IMG/VR virus record: IMGVR_UViG_3300031344_000005
Span: 1-64,000 of that record
From: a virus
Reading direction: 5' to 3' (one strand)
DNA length: 64,000 nucleotides
A model generated the notes under the pieces. The model was not told the DNA's origin and made no database searches. It saw nothing but the letters and a program-made list of their open reading frames with translations. The translations under genes were made by a program, and so were the position numbers. Position 1 is the first letter of the stretch, and each line of letters begins with the position of its first letter. This document shows, piece by piece, positions 49,092-59,175 of this stretch.

Positions 49092-52000
49092 AAAACCCAT
49101 TTGCAGTGCTCCTCGCGACTCTTGGCATCGCCATCGGCGGGAGTACACTCGTCTATGGCGCCTCGGTTGGCTACAGCTACCTCTACGGTAACAACTGCTC
49201 AGGCTATGGGTGTACCAACCCGCTCACAACCGTCACCGGCACCCTCGCCGCCGCACATGGCGACGCTGGAGTCAACGTCATGAACAGCCCCGCGCCCACG
49301 GCAGTTGGGCAGGCGCTGCTCGCAAAATCTATTGGCCCTTCCGCGAGTGCCAATTGGGCAACCATCCCCGGCGCAAATGCAGATATGATCTGGACGATTC
49401 GCAGTAGCGCTGCGGACAACAGTTGGTACAGCGTCACCTACGGCAACGGTACGTTTGTCGCCGTGGCGCCTACGGGGACGGGCAATCGAGTGATGACGTC
49501 GCCCGATGGAATCGCATGGACGATCCGCAGCAGCGCTGCGGACAACAGTTGGTCCAGCGTCACCTACGGCAACGGCACGTTTGTCGCCGTGGCGACTACA
49601 GGGACGGGCAATCGAGTGATGACATCACCCGATGGGATCACATGGACGATCCGCAGCAGCGCTGCGGACAACAGTTGGTTCAGCGTCACCTACGGCAACG
49701 GTACGTTTGTCGCCGTGGCGCCTACGGGGACGGGCAATCGAGTGATGACGTCGCCCGATGGAATCGCATGGACGATCCGCAGTAGCGCTGCGGACAACAA
49801 CTGGTACAGCGTCACCTACGGCAACGGTACGTTTGTCGCCGTGGCATACTCGGGGACGGGCAATCGAGTGATGACGTCGCCCGATGGAATCGCATGGACG
49901 ATTCGCAGTAGCGCCGCGGACAACGGCTGGATCAGCGTCACCTACGGCAACGGTACGTTTGTCGCCGTGGCATACACGGGGACGGGCAATCGAGTGATGA
50001 CGTCGCCCGATGGAATCGCATGGACGATCCGCAGCAGCGCTGCGGACAACAGTTGGCACAGCGTCACCTACGGCAACGGCACGTTTGTCGCCGTGGCGAA
50101 TACAGGGACGGGCAATCGAGTGATGACGTCGCCACCTTGGACCAACACGCCGCTATCCTCGTCGGTGCCTCCACTCGTCGCCGCAGGCCCCGGTGTGGCC
50201 GGCACGGGAACAAGCGCCCAGCGGTCTGATAGCCAGCAAGGGCTCTCCGCGACCAACCCCAACAAGGGCGACTTCTTCCGCTCGCCCGTAGGAACCGATA
50301 GCGCCACGAATACCAGCATCGGATGGGATCACGCCTTGGATCTCGTGCGCTACGCGGGCAGTGGTACGGCAGATCCAACGGCTGGGGCAGGCGTGCCTTG
50401 CCTACTGGCCTCTGGGTCTCCGCTTAGCATGTGCCTGTACTACCAGACGGTCCATTGCAACGACGGTGGATGTAGCTACGCGATTTGGTGGAAATCGGGC
50501 AGTGGTGATACCCAATGGACGCAGTTTGGCACGGGTGGGGGAGGTGGAGGAGGTACCATCGCGCTCACGTCACCGCTTGGAACCATCAACATCGGCGCAG
50601 GTGGTGGCCTGACGACCGAGGACGTGGTCTACGGCCATGCGATTCATACAGCGCTGCAGGGTTCCGAATGGAACGTGGCCAGCGGTGTCTGTCCTCTCGA
50701 CCCGAATACCATGGTTCCGCTGGCGAATCTGTACCCCAGCACCGAATCGCACGCCGGCACCATGAGCGCGGCTGACAAGACCAAGCTCGACGGCATCTCA
50801 GCCGGCGCAACCGTTGATGCCTTCACCGTCAAGGCTGCTTCGGGCTCAACGCCAGGCTATCTCGGTGCCGTCTGCGAATCCACCGACAGCAGTATCACCA
50901 TTGGCCAGACCGGCGACTACGTGACGTTCGCCGCGAACTTCGGCACCGGCGCGGCTCAGGTCTGCAGCGGTGCTACCTGCGCGGGCCTGCAGAGTCAGCT
51001 TCCCGCGTGCGCGCCTGGACAGATCGAAATCTTTGGCACAGTTACACAGACCGGGACGGCCACAGGGACGGTTACGAGCCGCACTTGCCAGAATTCGCCC
51101 TATCAGCCGGTGGGCAGCTATCAACCGGCGCTACCACCTGGGACAAACAACCAGGTGCTGGCCTACTCTGTGACGGGCACGGGGACCGGAACCAATATCG
51201 TAGCCAAAACTCCCAGCGTGAATGCTGGCAATGGCATCTCGGTGAGTGGCACCAACCCGGTCACGGGCCTCACAATTTCGGCCAACATCGCCAGCAGCCG
51301 CAACATCTCCACCGCGACTGCTAGCACGACTGCCGTGTCAACGGCTACCACGATGTACGGGTCTGACTCACAGGTGGTGCTGCCTGTGGCCAACGCGACC
51401 ACGCAGGGCATCTCCAAGGTTGCCAGCAATGCCGCTATCGCCAGCTCGACCAATACAGGCACGGCGTCGTCGACGGCGGGTGCCACCTGCATGCCGGCAG
51501 ATGCGACGGCCAACGGTGATCACCGGGTCAGCGTGGCGTCTGGGTCGACCCCGTACTACCTGGGGGACGCCGTCATAGCGGCGGCGAGTCCCGCGGTCGG
51601 TGGGGCTCCGATCGCCTTGAGTATAGACGACGAAGGCGGTGGTGTGAAGTATCTGATGCTCGGTGCGCGCGCGGGCTCCTCCTCGGTGAGCGGCATGGTG
51701 CGGCTCGACCCCAACGCACCCCCTGCCCTCGACGGCGGCCCGGCCACCACGGGCTCGCGTGGGCTTGCGGCTGATTCAGGCAACAAACCCAAGCTGGGCG
51801 GCAACTCGCCCACGCCGCGGCAAGCGCTCATCGGCGGGACCTGCAGCAACACCGCCACGGGGACCAACACCACAACCGCGATCAATTTCTGCCCATTGCA
51901 AGTCACGGACGTCAACGGCGCGGTGGGCGGCAGTGGGTCGACCAGCCATTACTCCAAGTGGACTGCTGGCAGTCAGCTTGGCAACGCCTTCATCACCGAA

Positions 52001-52816
52001 GACGCCGCCCAGCCTCAAATGAATGGCAGCTTCTCGGCGGGCACGACCTCGATTGACTATGTGGGACCCGCGCAATACAGCGCGATGGAATTGCCACGAG
52101 GCGAGCTGCTATTCAGCAACACCAATGCATCCAATCAGGCGTACCTGGTCAGCAACGCTTACGAGAAGTCAGACGGGACGCAGGCTTACCGCTACACGGG
52201 ACCAGCGGCAGGGCTGGGGATGCAAGACGGGATTATCTACGCTTTGACGGCGCCGAGCGGGACGCAGAATGCGGCGATTTCGTGGGTGACACAGGCGACG
52301 ATTTCGTCAACAGGGATTGCGGGCAGCAACATCACGGCCACACCAACGGCGAATGCGATTCCCAAGGCCGATGGTAGCGGGACACTCAATGCGTGGGTGA
52401 CAAATCACGCCAGCATCTTTCACGACACTTCGCTGGCCACCACCGTAGCGATCGGAGACTATCCTACCTGGCACACCATTCTGACATTTAACACAGGCGG
52501 AACTGCTGGAGCCATTGTTGTTCACGCCACGGTGACGGTCAAGTGTAATGGCGGGGGTAGTAGCGCAATCGCTTATGTGAGGCTTGCGATGGGTGCCGCC
52601 CAACTCGATGGGCAGTATTTGGCGACCGTGCCAGCCGCTGCATACGGGTACTACGGATACGCGACGTTAAGCGCCAACAGCTACGCGCCATTTTCGGCGG
52701 GAGCACACACGGTAGGTCTGCAAGCGTACACCGACACCACTAGCTGCGTCGTCCAGGGAAACGATCAGATCACGGGCGGCTCTGCTGTCCTCGTAGCCAC
52801 CGAATACACGAACTAG
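49088..52816 (+). CDS. Fibre/adhesin-like protein with signal-peptide-like N-terminus and six-repeat beta-propeller
   Basis: ATGA coupling; MKNPFAVLLATLGIAIGG leader; six 42-aa repeats; GTMSAADKTKLDGI fibre motif. Confidence 0.7.
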   Translation: MKNPFAVLLATLGIAIGGSTLVYGASVGYSYLYGNNCSGYGCTNPLTTVTGTLAAAHGDAGVNVMNSPAPTAVGQALLAKSIGPSASANWATIPGANADMIWTIRSSAADNSWYSVTYGNGTFVAVAPTGTGNRVMTSPDGIAWTIRSSAADNSWSSVTYGNGTFVAVATTGTGNRVMTSPDGITWTIRSSAADNSWFSVTYGNGTFVAVAPTGTGNRVMTSPDGIAWTIRSSAADNNWYSVTYGNGTFVAVAYSGTGNRVMTSPDGIAWTIRSSAADNGWISVTYGNGTFVAVAYTGTGNRVMTSPDGIAWTIRSSAADNSWHSVTYGNGTFVAVANTGTGNRVMTSPPWTNTPLSSSVPPLVAAGPGVAGTGTSAQRSDSQQGLSATNPNKGDFFRSPVGTDSATNTSIGWDHALDLVRYAGSGTADPTAGAGVPCLLASGSPLSMCLYYQTVHCNDGGCSYAIWWKSGSGDTQWTQFGTGGGGGGGTIALTSPLGTINIGAGGGLTTEDVVYGHAIHTALQGSEWNVASGVCPLDPNTMVPLANLYPSTESHAGTMSAADKTKLDGISAGATVDAFTVKAASGSTPGYLGAVCESTDSSITIGQTGDYVTFAANFGTGAAQVCSGATCAGLQSQLPACAPGQIEIFGTVTQTGTATGTVTSRTCQNSPYQPVGSYQPALPPGTNNQVLAYSVTGTGTGTNIVAKTPSVNAGNGISVSGTNPVTGLTISANIASSRNISTATASTTAVSTATTMYGSDSQVVLPVANATTQGISKVASNAAIASSTNTGTASSTAGATCMPADATANGDHRVSVASGSTPYYLGDAVIAAASPAVGGAPIALSIDDEGGGVKYLMLGARAGSSSVSGMVRLDPNAPPALDGGPATTGSRGLAADSGNKPKLGGNSPTPRQALIGGTCSNTATGTNTTTAINFCPLQVTDVNGAVGGSGSTSHYSKWTAGSQLGNAFITEDAAQPQMNGSFSAGTTSIDYVGPAQYSAMELPRGELLFSNTNASNQAYLVSNAYEKSDGTQAYRYTGPAAGLGMQDGIIYALTAPSGTQNAAISWVTQATISSTGIAGSNITATPTANAIPKADGSGTLNAWVTNHASIFHDTSLATTVAIGDYPTWHTILTFNTGGTAGAIVVHATVTVKCNGGGSSAIAYVRLAMGAAQLDGQYLATVPAAAYGYYGYATLSANSYAPFSAGAHTVGLQAYTDTTSCVVQGNDQITGGSAVLVATEYTN
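49391..50134 (+). repeat. Six tandem 126-bp repeats (last truncated)
   Basis: Units start at 49391, 49517, 49643, 49769, 49895, 50021. Confidence 0.97.
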
Positions 52817-52823
52817 GACCACC

Positions 52824-53027
52824 ATGCCCAAACGCAACCCTCGAACCATCTACGCGACCGGCTGGGGCGCCACCACGTCGCAACTCGCGCGCGACCGCAA
52901 GAGCATCTTGCTGCGCACGCCGGCCAACCCGGTCCTCAACCTGGCCGACGCGCGGCTACTGGCGGAGGGGATACTGCGGCTAATCGAAGAAGCGAAGAAC
53001 CCACCCACGAAGAATGTGATAGACTGA
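52824..53027 (+). CDS. Hypothetical protein
   Basis: AGGA RBS. Confidence 0.5.
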   Translation: MPKRNPRTIYATGWGATTSQLARDRKSILLRTPANPVLNLADARLLAEGILRLIEEAKNPPTKNVID

Positions 53028-53043
53028 ACGAAAGGATCCCACC

Positions 53044-53460
53044 ATGCCGATTACCCCCGCAACAAAGTACGACGTCAGCACCTCGCTGAATTTTTCGTTA
53101 GCTTTCTACCTGTCGGGCACCGCGACCCCGGCGACCGACATGAGCGCCGCCATGCGCACCAGCTGGATCTGCAAGTCGTCCCATGAGCTGTCGCTGTGGC
53201 TGAAATGGCCAGGCACCAGCGCAGGCGTGACCGCTCCTACCGGGACATGGTCCATCGAAGTGACGAACGACAGTTCCGAGGCGACGGGGATTGCTATCCC
53301 GCCAGCCGACATCCCCGGCCTGACGGCGGGACAGCCTGCGGGCACGTCCGGCCGGCTGGTCATCGACCCGCTTTCGATCGCCTCGACCTATTTCGCGGTC
53401 GTCTACACGCCGTCGAGTGGCGGCAGTGGCGCGGTCGCGACCGGCGCCGTGGGAGCGTGA
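53044..53460 (+). CDS. Small beta-sandwich virion protein
   Basis: AAAGGA RBS; PTGTWSIEVTND...YFAVVYT pattern. Confidence 0.6.
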   Translation: MPITPATKYDVSTSLNFSLAFYLSGTATPATDMSAAMRTSWICKSSHELSLWLKWPGTSAGVTAPTGTWSIEVTNDSSEATGIAIPPADIPGLTAGQPAGTSGRLVIDPLSIASTYFAVVYTPSSGGSGAVATGAVGA

Positions 53461-53464
53461 CGCC

Positions 53465-55111
53465 ATGGCCGATACTCACGCTCGCAGCAAGCAGTCACTC
53501 GGTGGACTCACCCAGGACGACATCCCCGACGGCACGACGGCCAAGCAGTTCGTCCCCACCGCCGTCGCCATGACAGGCGGCACCTCAACCGACGTTGTCT
53601 CCTCCGACACGGTGACGTCTGGCGCTCTCGTCGTGGCAGGTGCAGCAGTAGGCCCGGCTCCCACTACGCAGAAGTGGAGCGCGGCCAGTGCAGCGTCAGC
53701 CAGCTCCCCTGGTATCTGCGGCGGCGTAGCGGTGGCGGCCGTGGGTGCAACTGACCTGGCGCTCAAGGTTCAAAGTGTTGGCATCACCGGCGTGATTGCC
53801 GATGCCCTCTGGGACTCCCTACCCGCTACGTCCGACGCGGGCAAGCCGGTCTACCTGAGCAAGACCGTCGGTCACTACACACTGGATGTCTCGGCCTACG
53901 TGACGACCGACCGCGTGCAGTCTCTCGGCATTCTCCATGCGGGCGGCACCGGGGCGTGTCGGATCAAGCTGGCGATTGGGCAGTCCCTCACGGCTTTGCA
54001 GTGGGTCGCCTTGCTCGCGGGCAACGCATCTATCAAGGACATCCCCGTCACGGCGCTGACGTTCACGCCGGCATACTTGACCGGGGCGACCGATGCAACA
54101 TCAGTGGTGGCGACCTGGCAGGCTGTGACTGCTGGAAGTTTCGCGGTCACGATTGACGGCACGGCCCGCACCATTTCAGGGCTCAACTTCTCAACCGATA
54201 CCACAATGGCGCTCGTAGCGAGTCGTATTCAAGCAGCGATTCGCGTGGCTACGAGTGCGCTGGAAACCTTCACTTGGTCGACTGACCACTTCGTCCTGAC
54301 TTCGGCGAGCACGGCCAATACCAGCGCCGTCACGGTTACGAGCGCCACCGGGTCGGGGACGGACATCAGCGGCGCGGCCGGTGGTTCGCGCTTCTTGTCC
54401 TGCAACTCCAGCAAGGGAGTCGTTACGGCCCGCGCACACGGTGTCTACACGCTCCTCACGACCGACCGCCGCTTGCGTCTATCCTGCACCGCTACTGACC
54501 CCGTCTGGCTGCTTCTCCCGACGTGCACTGCCGCCGGTGACGGCAAGCAATACATATTCGTCGATACCGGGTACCTCTCGGCGACGAACGTGATCACCCT
54601 CGTCCACAACGGGGCAGAGACGATCGCGAATGTCGCAGCAGACATCACGCTAGCGGCAAACGGCGGGGAGATCATTGTCACCTGCGACCTAGTCCACACC
54701 AACTGGACCAAGAACGTGGGCAGCATGGCGCAACTGGCGGCCACTCCTACGGCACTACTCGGTAGCGCTCAGGCCAATGCAGTCGCTGGGACCGTTGCGC
54801 CTCCCTCCACTGTGAACACGAACACATACACCCCGGTGTTGACCGACGCCTTTCTACCCAAATGGATGACCTATGCTGGCGCAAGCGCCGTCACGCTTCC
54901 GCAGGATTCTGACCTGGCGTTCCCCATTGGCAGCTCAATTTCTTTCAAGTGCGCGAACGCCGCAGGCAAGATCACGTTTGCGGCCGGCTCAGGAGCGACG
55001 CTAGTGGTGGCTCGCACCGGATGTGCATCGCTAATTCCGCAAAACCCATGGGGCGAGGTCTACAAGTCCGCGGCGAATACGTGGGAACTCATCGGGCCGT
55101 TCGTAGGGTGA
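53465..55111 (+). CDS. Mosaic fibre/decoration protein
   Basis: GKPVYLS cement-like N-domain; GSFAVTIDGT..TISGLNFS...VASRIQAAIR segment; VTLP...FPIGS C-domain. Confidence 0.6.
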   Translation: MADTHARSKQSLGGLTQDDIPDGTTAKQFVPTAVAMTGGTSTDVVSSDTVTSGALVVAGAAVGPAPTTQKWSAASAASASSPGICGGVAVAAVGATDLALKVQSVGITGVIADALWDSLPATSDAGKPVYLSKTVGHYTLDVSAYVTTDRVQSLGILHAGGTGACRIKLAIGQSLTALQWVALLAGNASIKDIPVTALTFTPAYLTGATDATSVVATWQAVTAGSFAVTIDGTARTISGLNFSTDTTMALVASRIQAAIRVATSALETFTWSTDHFVLTSASTANTSAVTVTSATGSGTDISGAAGGSRFLSCNSSKGVVTARAHGVYTLLTTDRRLRLSCTATDPVWLLLPTCTAAGDGKQYIFVDTGYLSATNVITLVHNGAETIANVAADITLAANGGEIIVTCDLVHTNWTKNVGSMAQLAATPTALLGSAQANAVAGTVAPPSTVNTNTYTPVLTDAFLPKWMTYAGASAVTLPQDSDLAFPIGSSISFKCANAAGKITFAAGSGATLVVARTGCASLIPQNPWGEVYKSAANTWELIGPFVG

Positions 55112-55114
55112 TGC

Positions 55115-56056
55115 ATGTTGTCCATCGGCATACATGCAAGCACGTGGAAGGTAGGACGATTCGGCTATATCCTTGGAGGGTTTGCTGCATCCCCTGTCGC
55201 TACTGCGGACTGTACAACATTCTCCACACAGATCACCGCTGCCCTGGCAAGCGCGAATCTGTCGCAGAATAACTATAACGCGTGCTCTTTGAGTGACGCC
55301 GTGAGATACGGCTACGCGCTTGGAGGATACAACGCGATTTACCTCATTTCAACTGATCAAATCACTCTCTCCACACAGGTCACCGCCTTGCTCGCTACCT
55401 GCAATCTATCGCAATCCAGGTATCGCGCTGGGTCGCTAAGCGACGGATTTCAATTTGGTTATGTCTTAGGGGGGACGAATGGCGCCCCTGTCGCTACTGC
55501 CGACTGTACAACATTCTCCACGCAGGTCACCGCTGCCTTGGCAAGCGCGAATCTGTCAGAGGCTCGTTATGGTCTAAGCGGTCTGAGTGACGCCGTGAGA
55601 TACGGCTACGCGCTTGGAGGATACACCTCCACCTACGTGGCCACGGGTGGGTGTTTGACGTTCAGTACCCAATCACTAGCCGCCCTAGCAAGCGCCAACT
55701 TATCACAGGCTCGTAGGTACGCTTGCTCAATGGGCGACCCTGTAAGGTACGTTGGCTATACGATAGGCGGTTCCAATGGGAACGATCTAGCTACTGCGGA
55801 CTGTACAACATTCTCCACACAGGTCACCGCTGCCTTGACAAGCGCGAATCTGTCGCAGGCTCGTTATGGCGTTTCCGGCATGATCGACGGACTTCAATTT
55901 GGTTATGTCTTAGGTGGAGCCAATTCTGGAGGGAATCTAGCTACTGCGGACTGTACAACATTCTCCACACAGATCACCGCTGCCCTGGCAAGCGCGAATC
56001 TGTCGGCAGGGAACGCGCGAAGGTATGTGTCATCCGTGAGTGACTACAATGTTTAA
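55115..56056 (+). CDS. Kelch-like repeat beta-propeller protein
   Basis: Six ~49-aa repeats GY.LGG...ATADCTTFSTQ.TAALASANLSQAR; appears lower in GC. Confidence 0.75.
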   Translation: MLSIGIHASTWKVGRFGYILGGFAASPVATADCTTFSTQITAALASANLSQNNYNACSLSDAVRYGYALGGYNAIYLISTDQITLSTQVTALLATCNLSQSRYRAGSLSDGFQFGYVLGGTNGAPVATADCTTFSTQVTAALASANLSEARYGLSGLSDAVRYGYALGGYTSTYVATGGCLTFSTQSLAALASANLSQARRYACSMGDPVRYVGYTIGGSNGNDLATADCTTFSTQVTAALTSANLSQARYGVSGMIDGLQFGYVLGGANSGGNLATADCTTFSTQITAALASANLSAGNARRYVSSVSDYNV

Positions 56057-56615
56057 CCCGCCCCCTGAACTGCTGGCGGCATTTGCGGAAATCCAGCAAC
56101 CGCGCAGTCGGTATGCACTAGACAAACTGGTGGTTGGGCAGAAGTTTACGCCAGAGGCGCAGTATGCTCAATGCGTGCTGGAAGCACAGATCAAGTGGGT
56201 CAACATCCGTCTAGGTCGATTGGAAATGGAGCGTATTGATCTTGAAATTGCAGCCATCACAACGCCGGGCCGGCTCGGCGAAATTGAACGCGAAAAGAAG
56301 CAGATAGAAAAAGAACAGACCATGCACGCCATGCTGGGAGCCGAGCGAGAGTTAGCGTGTCTATGCGACATCTTCGGGCAATTCCCTTCAAAGTTCACCT
56401 ACGAGGAGTTGCAAGCTGCACAACCTGAGGAACACCGTCAACGTCTGTGCATGCACGCCATCCAAGACATTGCGGCGTTCGGCTACGTGACGCCCGGCAA
56501 CCAGGATGCCCTGCGGATGATCAAGGCCGCACTGGTCATCAACGAAGTCAACGGCAAGAAACAAATCACAATTGAATTGGCGACCGAAACAAATCAACTG
56601 AGGGCTCTTCCATGA
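56049..56615 (+). CDS. Coiled-coil fibre-associated protein
   Basis: RSRYAL.KLVVGQ..TPEAQY.QCVLE; overlaps kelch gene stop. Confidence 0.6.
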   Translation: MFNPPPELLAAFAEIQQPRSRYALDKLVVGQKFTPEAQYAQCVLEAQIKWVNIRLGRLEMERIDLEIAAITTPGRLGEIEREKKQIEKEQTMHAMLGAERELACLCDIFGQFPSKFTYEELQAAQPEEHRQRLCMHAIQDIAAFGYVTPGNQDALRMIKAALVINEVNGKKQITIELATETNQLRALP

Positions 56616-57010
56616 TCAACTTGACTACGAACATCACCATCACGAACGACATTCCCCGCATTGTCAAATGGCAGGTAGCGGACGCGCACGATTGCGCGAA
56701 CCAGACGCCGCCGTGCCTGACTCTTGCTCTCAACCTGATCGGCCCTGGCGCTGTCATCTTCGGGTCGTACAATCTGGCAATCTTCGATACCTTGGCCAGC
56801 ACGACCCTCACCGTGAATCCTACGCCACAGGGAATCAGCGACCAGTTTCTCTACGGGTCGGCGGTGCTTACCGGCAACCAATACACGGCTCTTTCGGCAA
56901 TCTGGAACGGCAATTGCTCGGGTACAGGAACTAGAGCTAAGCGGCTGGCGGCCCTTGAGGCGGCTATTGTATCTGCGGGAGTTCTGTCCGCAGCGTTCTC
57001 GGGCACCTAA
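56612..57010 (+). CDS. Hypothetical (possible fibre chaperone)
   Basis: ATGA coupling; synteny. Confidence 0.5.
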   Translation: MINLTTNITITNDIPRIVKWQVADAHDCANQTPPCLTLALNLIGPGAVIFGSYNLAIFDTLASTTLTVNPTPQGISDQFLYGSAVLTGNQYTALSAIWNGNCSGTGTRAKRLAALEAAIVSAGVLSAAFSGT

Positions 57011-57012
57011 CC

Positions 57013-57303
57013 ATGCGGACAATACTCACGGCTTGCATTCTTCTATCCCTGTCCTGCGCAACCGTCCCGCCGACTCCTGCGCCTGCCTACACCTGTGCCA
57101 CGGCCTGCGCTCGCGGCACTGTACTCGACTGCGACTGGGCACGGTGGAATCCCGACGTCGGCAACTGCGCTTCTCAGTGCGTGGACTGGCGCGACACTTG
57201 GGGGTATGACGTGGCATGTATGAGTAAGGTCGCGACCTGTGAGGCGGCAGAGCATTGCCAGGGCCACACGTACGGAGTGCACAGGCTGAGTAAGAAGAAG
57301 TAG
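57013..57303 (+). CDS. Cys-rich lipoprotein
   Basis: MRTILTACILLSLSC lipobox; eight further Cys. Confidence 0.65.
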   Translation: MRTILTACILLSLSCATVPPTPAPAYTCATACARGTVLDCDWARWNPDVGNCASQCVDWRDTWGYDVACMSKVATCEAAEHCQGHTYGVHRLSKKK

Positions 57304-57308
57304 CACCC

Positions 57309-57764
57309 ATGGAGTACCGCCGTCCCACACGAGAGGTTGCCACGCCGAGGGCGGTGGACGACTCGGAACACGTTGTGTGGTGCTGGGAAGGCGCAGGGCC
57401 GGGTGCACGATTGCGATTGCACGTTGACCAGGTGAAGAACAACATGAGCCAGCAGATTGACGGTGTAGCCAAGGAATCGCGCAAGGACATCACGGCTATC
57501 AACAAGCGCCTGTGGTACATCAGCGGTGGGGCGGCGGTGGTTGGGCTGCTCGCCCCTGTCGTCCTGGGAGTCTGGCTCAGCTATAGGCTCAAGGACAGCG
57601 ATGACCGCGCCGTGAAGCGTGCCGATGTGGAGCAGGCCGTCCAGAAAAGCGCTGCGATGGCAACGGCAAAGAGCCTCGACGATATGGGGCTGTTCAAACA
57701 GATGCTCGACAAGCAAGCCGCCGACATCGCACTGCCGACGGTGACGCCAAGGAACCGAAAATGA
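57309..57764 (+). CDS. Single-TM membrane protein
   Basis: Hydrophobic GGAAVVGLLAPVVLGVWL. Confidence 0.6.
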   Translation: MEYRRPTREVATPRAVDDSEHVVWCWEGAGPGARLRLHVDQVKNNMSQQIDGVAKESRKDITAINKRLWYISGGAAVVGLLAPVVLGVWLSYRLKDSDDRAVKRADVEQAVQKSAAMATAKSLDDMGLFKQMLDKQAADIALPTVTPRNRK

Positions 57765-57847
57765 TCTGGACGTTCCTGCGAATCTTCGGCGTGCTCGTGG
57801 CCTTCGGCGTGCTGTGCATCGTGTGTTGGTGGTGGAGCAACAAGTAA
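57761..57847 (+). CDS. 28-aa single-TM peptide
   Basis: AAGGA RBS, ATGA coupling; MIWTFLRIFGVLVAFGVLCIVCWWWSNK. Confidence 0.5.
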   Translation: MIWTFLRIFGVLVAFGVLCIVCWWWSNK

Positions 57848-57863
57848 ACCAAGGAACATCACA

Positions 57864-58346
57864 ATGACCCCGTCCATCATCCAAGTCGCATCAGGCCCCG
57901 GCTGGGCCATGGTGATCGTGTTACTCGTCGGGCTCGCGGCTATCGTGGGCATCTTCGGTGCGCTGCTCAAAGGGATGTTGGAAAAATTCCACTTGCGCGC
58001 TTCTGAGGATGGCCAGATTACACGCGCCTCCATGTTGGCCGCAACCGACACCATGAGAGATATTCGTGAGTCCTGCACCACGTGCCAACAAAGCGTCCTC
58101 GTCGTGATCAAGACTGTGATGGGGGAGCAGGTAGAGCGGGTCCTCATGGACATCCGTGTCGAGCACGACGACACTCGAGCCTGTCTGTACGAGTTGCATA
58201 AGGACGGCGGGCGCGAGACAGATAGACTCATTGAGAAGCTTGATCAAATCAACAACACGATGCTGACATTGTCTACGCAGGGCGACTCGCCCCCGGTGCT
58301 CGGAGTGGGTTCCCAGGTTCGTGAAAGCGTGGCGTCGACGAAATGA
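57864..58346 (+). CDS. Membrane protein, holin/spanin-like
   Basis: N-terminal TM then coiled coil; lysis region. Confidence 0.55.
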   Translation: MTPSIIQVASGPGWAMVIVLLVGLAAIVGIFGALLKGMLEKFHLRASEDGQITRASMLAATDTMRDIRESCTTCQQSVLVVIKTVMGEQVERVLMDIRVEHDDTRACLYELHKDGGRETDRLIEKLDQINNTMLTLSTQGDSPPVLGVGSQVRESVASTK

Positions 58347-58660
58347 TATGGCTCGCCCTCGCCCTCGTCGTCCTGGCAATCGTCGTCGGCGCGTTCGCGC
58401 TGGGCTGGCGGGCCTCGGCATGGTACTGCCAGCAAGCGACTCCGAGCTGTCCGCGGTGGCGCCCCCAGTGGCTTGCCATGTGGATCGCTGGCCTGAAGAA
58501 GCAATACCCCAACGGCTCGCATGAGCGGCGCCCTACGCCCGCGCCCACGCCGGGAGCGGTCCCGATGGCTAGGCTTGACAACGAATGGCGCGCGGGGATA
58601 CCATCTCAACGAATGGACACGCCGGTAACGGGCTGCGAAAATCCAAAGCGAAAAACATGA
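58343..58660 (+). CDS. Membrane protein
   Basis: N-terminal TM; ATGA coupling. Confidence 0.5.
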   Translation: MIWLALALVVLAIVVGAFALGWRASAWYCQQATPSCPRWRPQWLAMWIAGLKKQYPNGSHERRPTPAPTPGAVPMARLDNEWRAGIPSQRMDTPVTGCENPKRKT

Positions 58661-59175
58661 AAGAAATCCCCCTCACGCAGGGCAAGGTCGCGCTCGTCGA
58701 TGACGAGGACTTCGAGGTGCTGAACGCGTTCAAGTGGTGCGCGGGACGAGATAAACGAACCTTCTACGTCATGCGGCGTGTACGTAGGCCGAGCGGAGGG
58801 TGGACAACGGAGAAAATGCACCGAGTGATTCTCATGCGTAAGCTAGGCCATTCGCTTGCCAAGGACGAACAGAGTGACCACGTCAATGGCGATGGCCTCG
58901 ACAACCGACGCGAGAACCTGCAGATGGCTACAACAGCGCAGAATCAACGAAACTGTCATCGGTTCATGCACACGGTAACTAGCCGATATCTAGGAGTGTG
59001 CTGGCACAAGCATTTTGCAAAGTGGACGCCGCGAGTTGGAGTTGCCAGAAAGCGCGTCAGCCTAGGCTATTATCGCACCGAATCCGAAGCCGCCCTTGCT
59101 CGCGAGTTCTACATCGCCGCACACCCCGAGCTACAGGCACGTAGCAACTTTGCAGGGCATGAACTGACACTGTGA
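58657..59175 (+). CDS. HNH-AP2 homing endonuclease
   Basis: MKEIPLTQGKVALVDDEDF, MHRVI, DHVNGDGLDNRRENL, SRYLGV.W...LGYY.TE.EAA. Confidence 0.9.
   Translation: MKEIPLTQGKVALVDDEDFEVLNAFKWCAGRDKRTFYVMRRVRRPSGGWTTEKMHRVILMRKLGHSLAKDEQSDHVNGDGLDNRRENLQMATTAQNQRNCHRFMHTVTSRYLGVCWHKHFAKWTPRVGVARKRVSLGYYRTESEAALAREFYIAAHPELQARSNFAGHELTL

Noticed and set aside
49391-50134. CRISPR array
   Set aside because: Repeats are contiguous, in-frame 126-bp coding units with no unique spacers, and no cas genes are present
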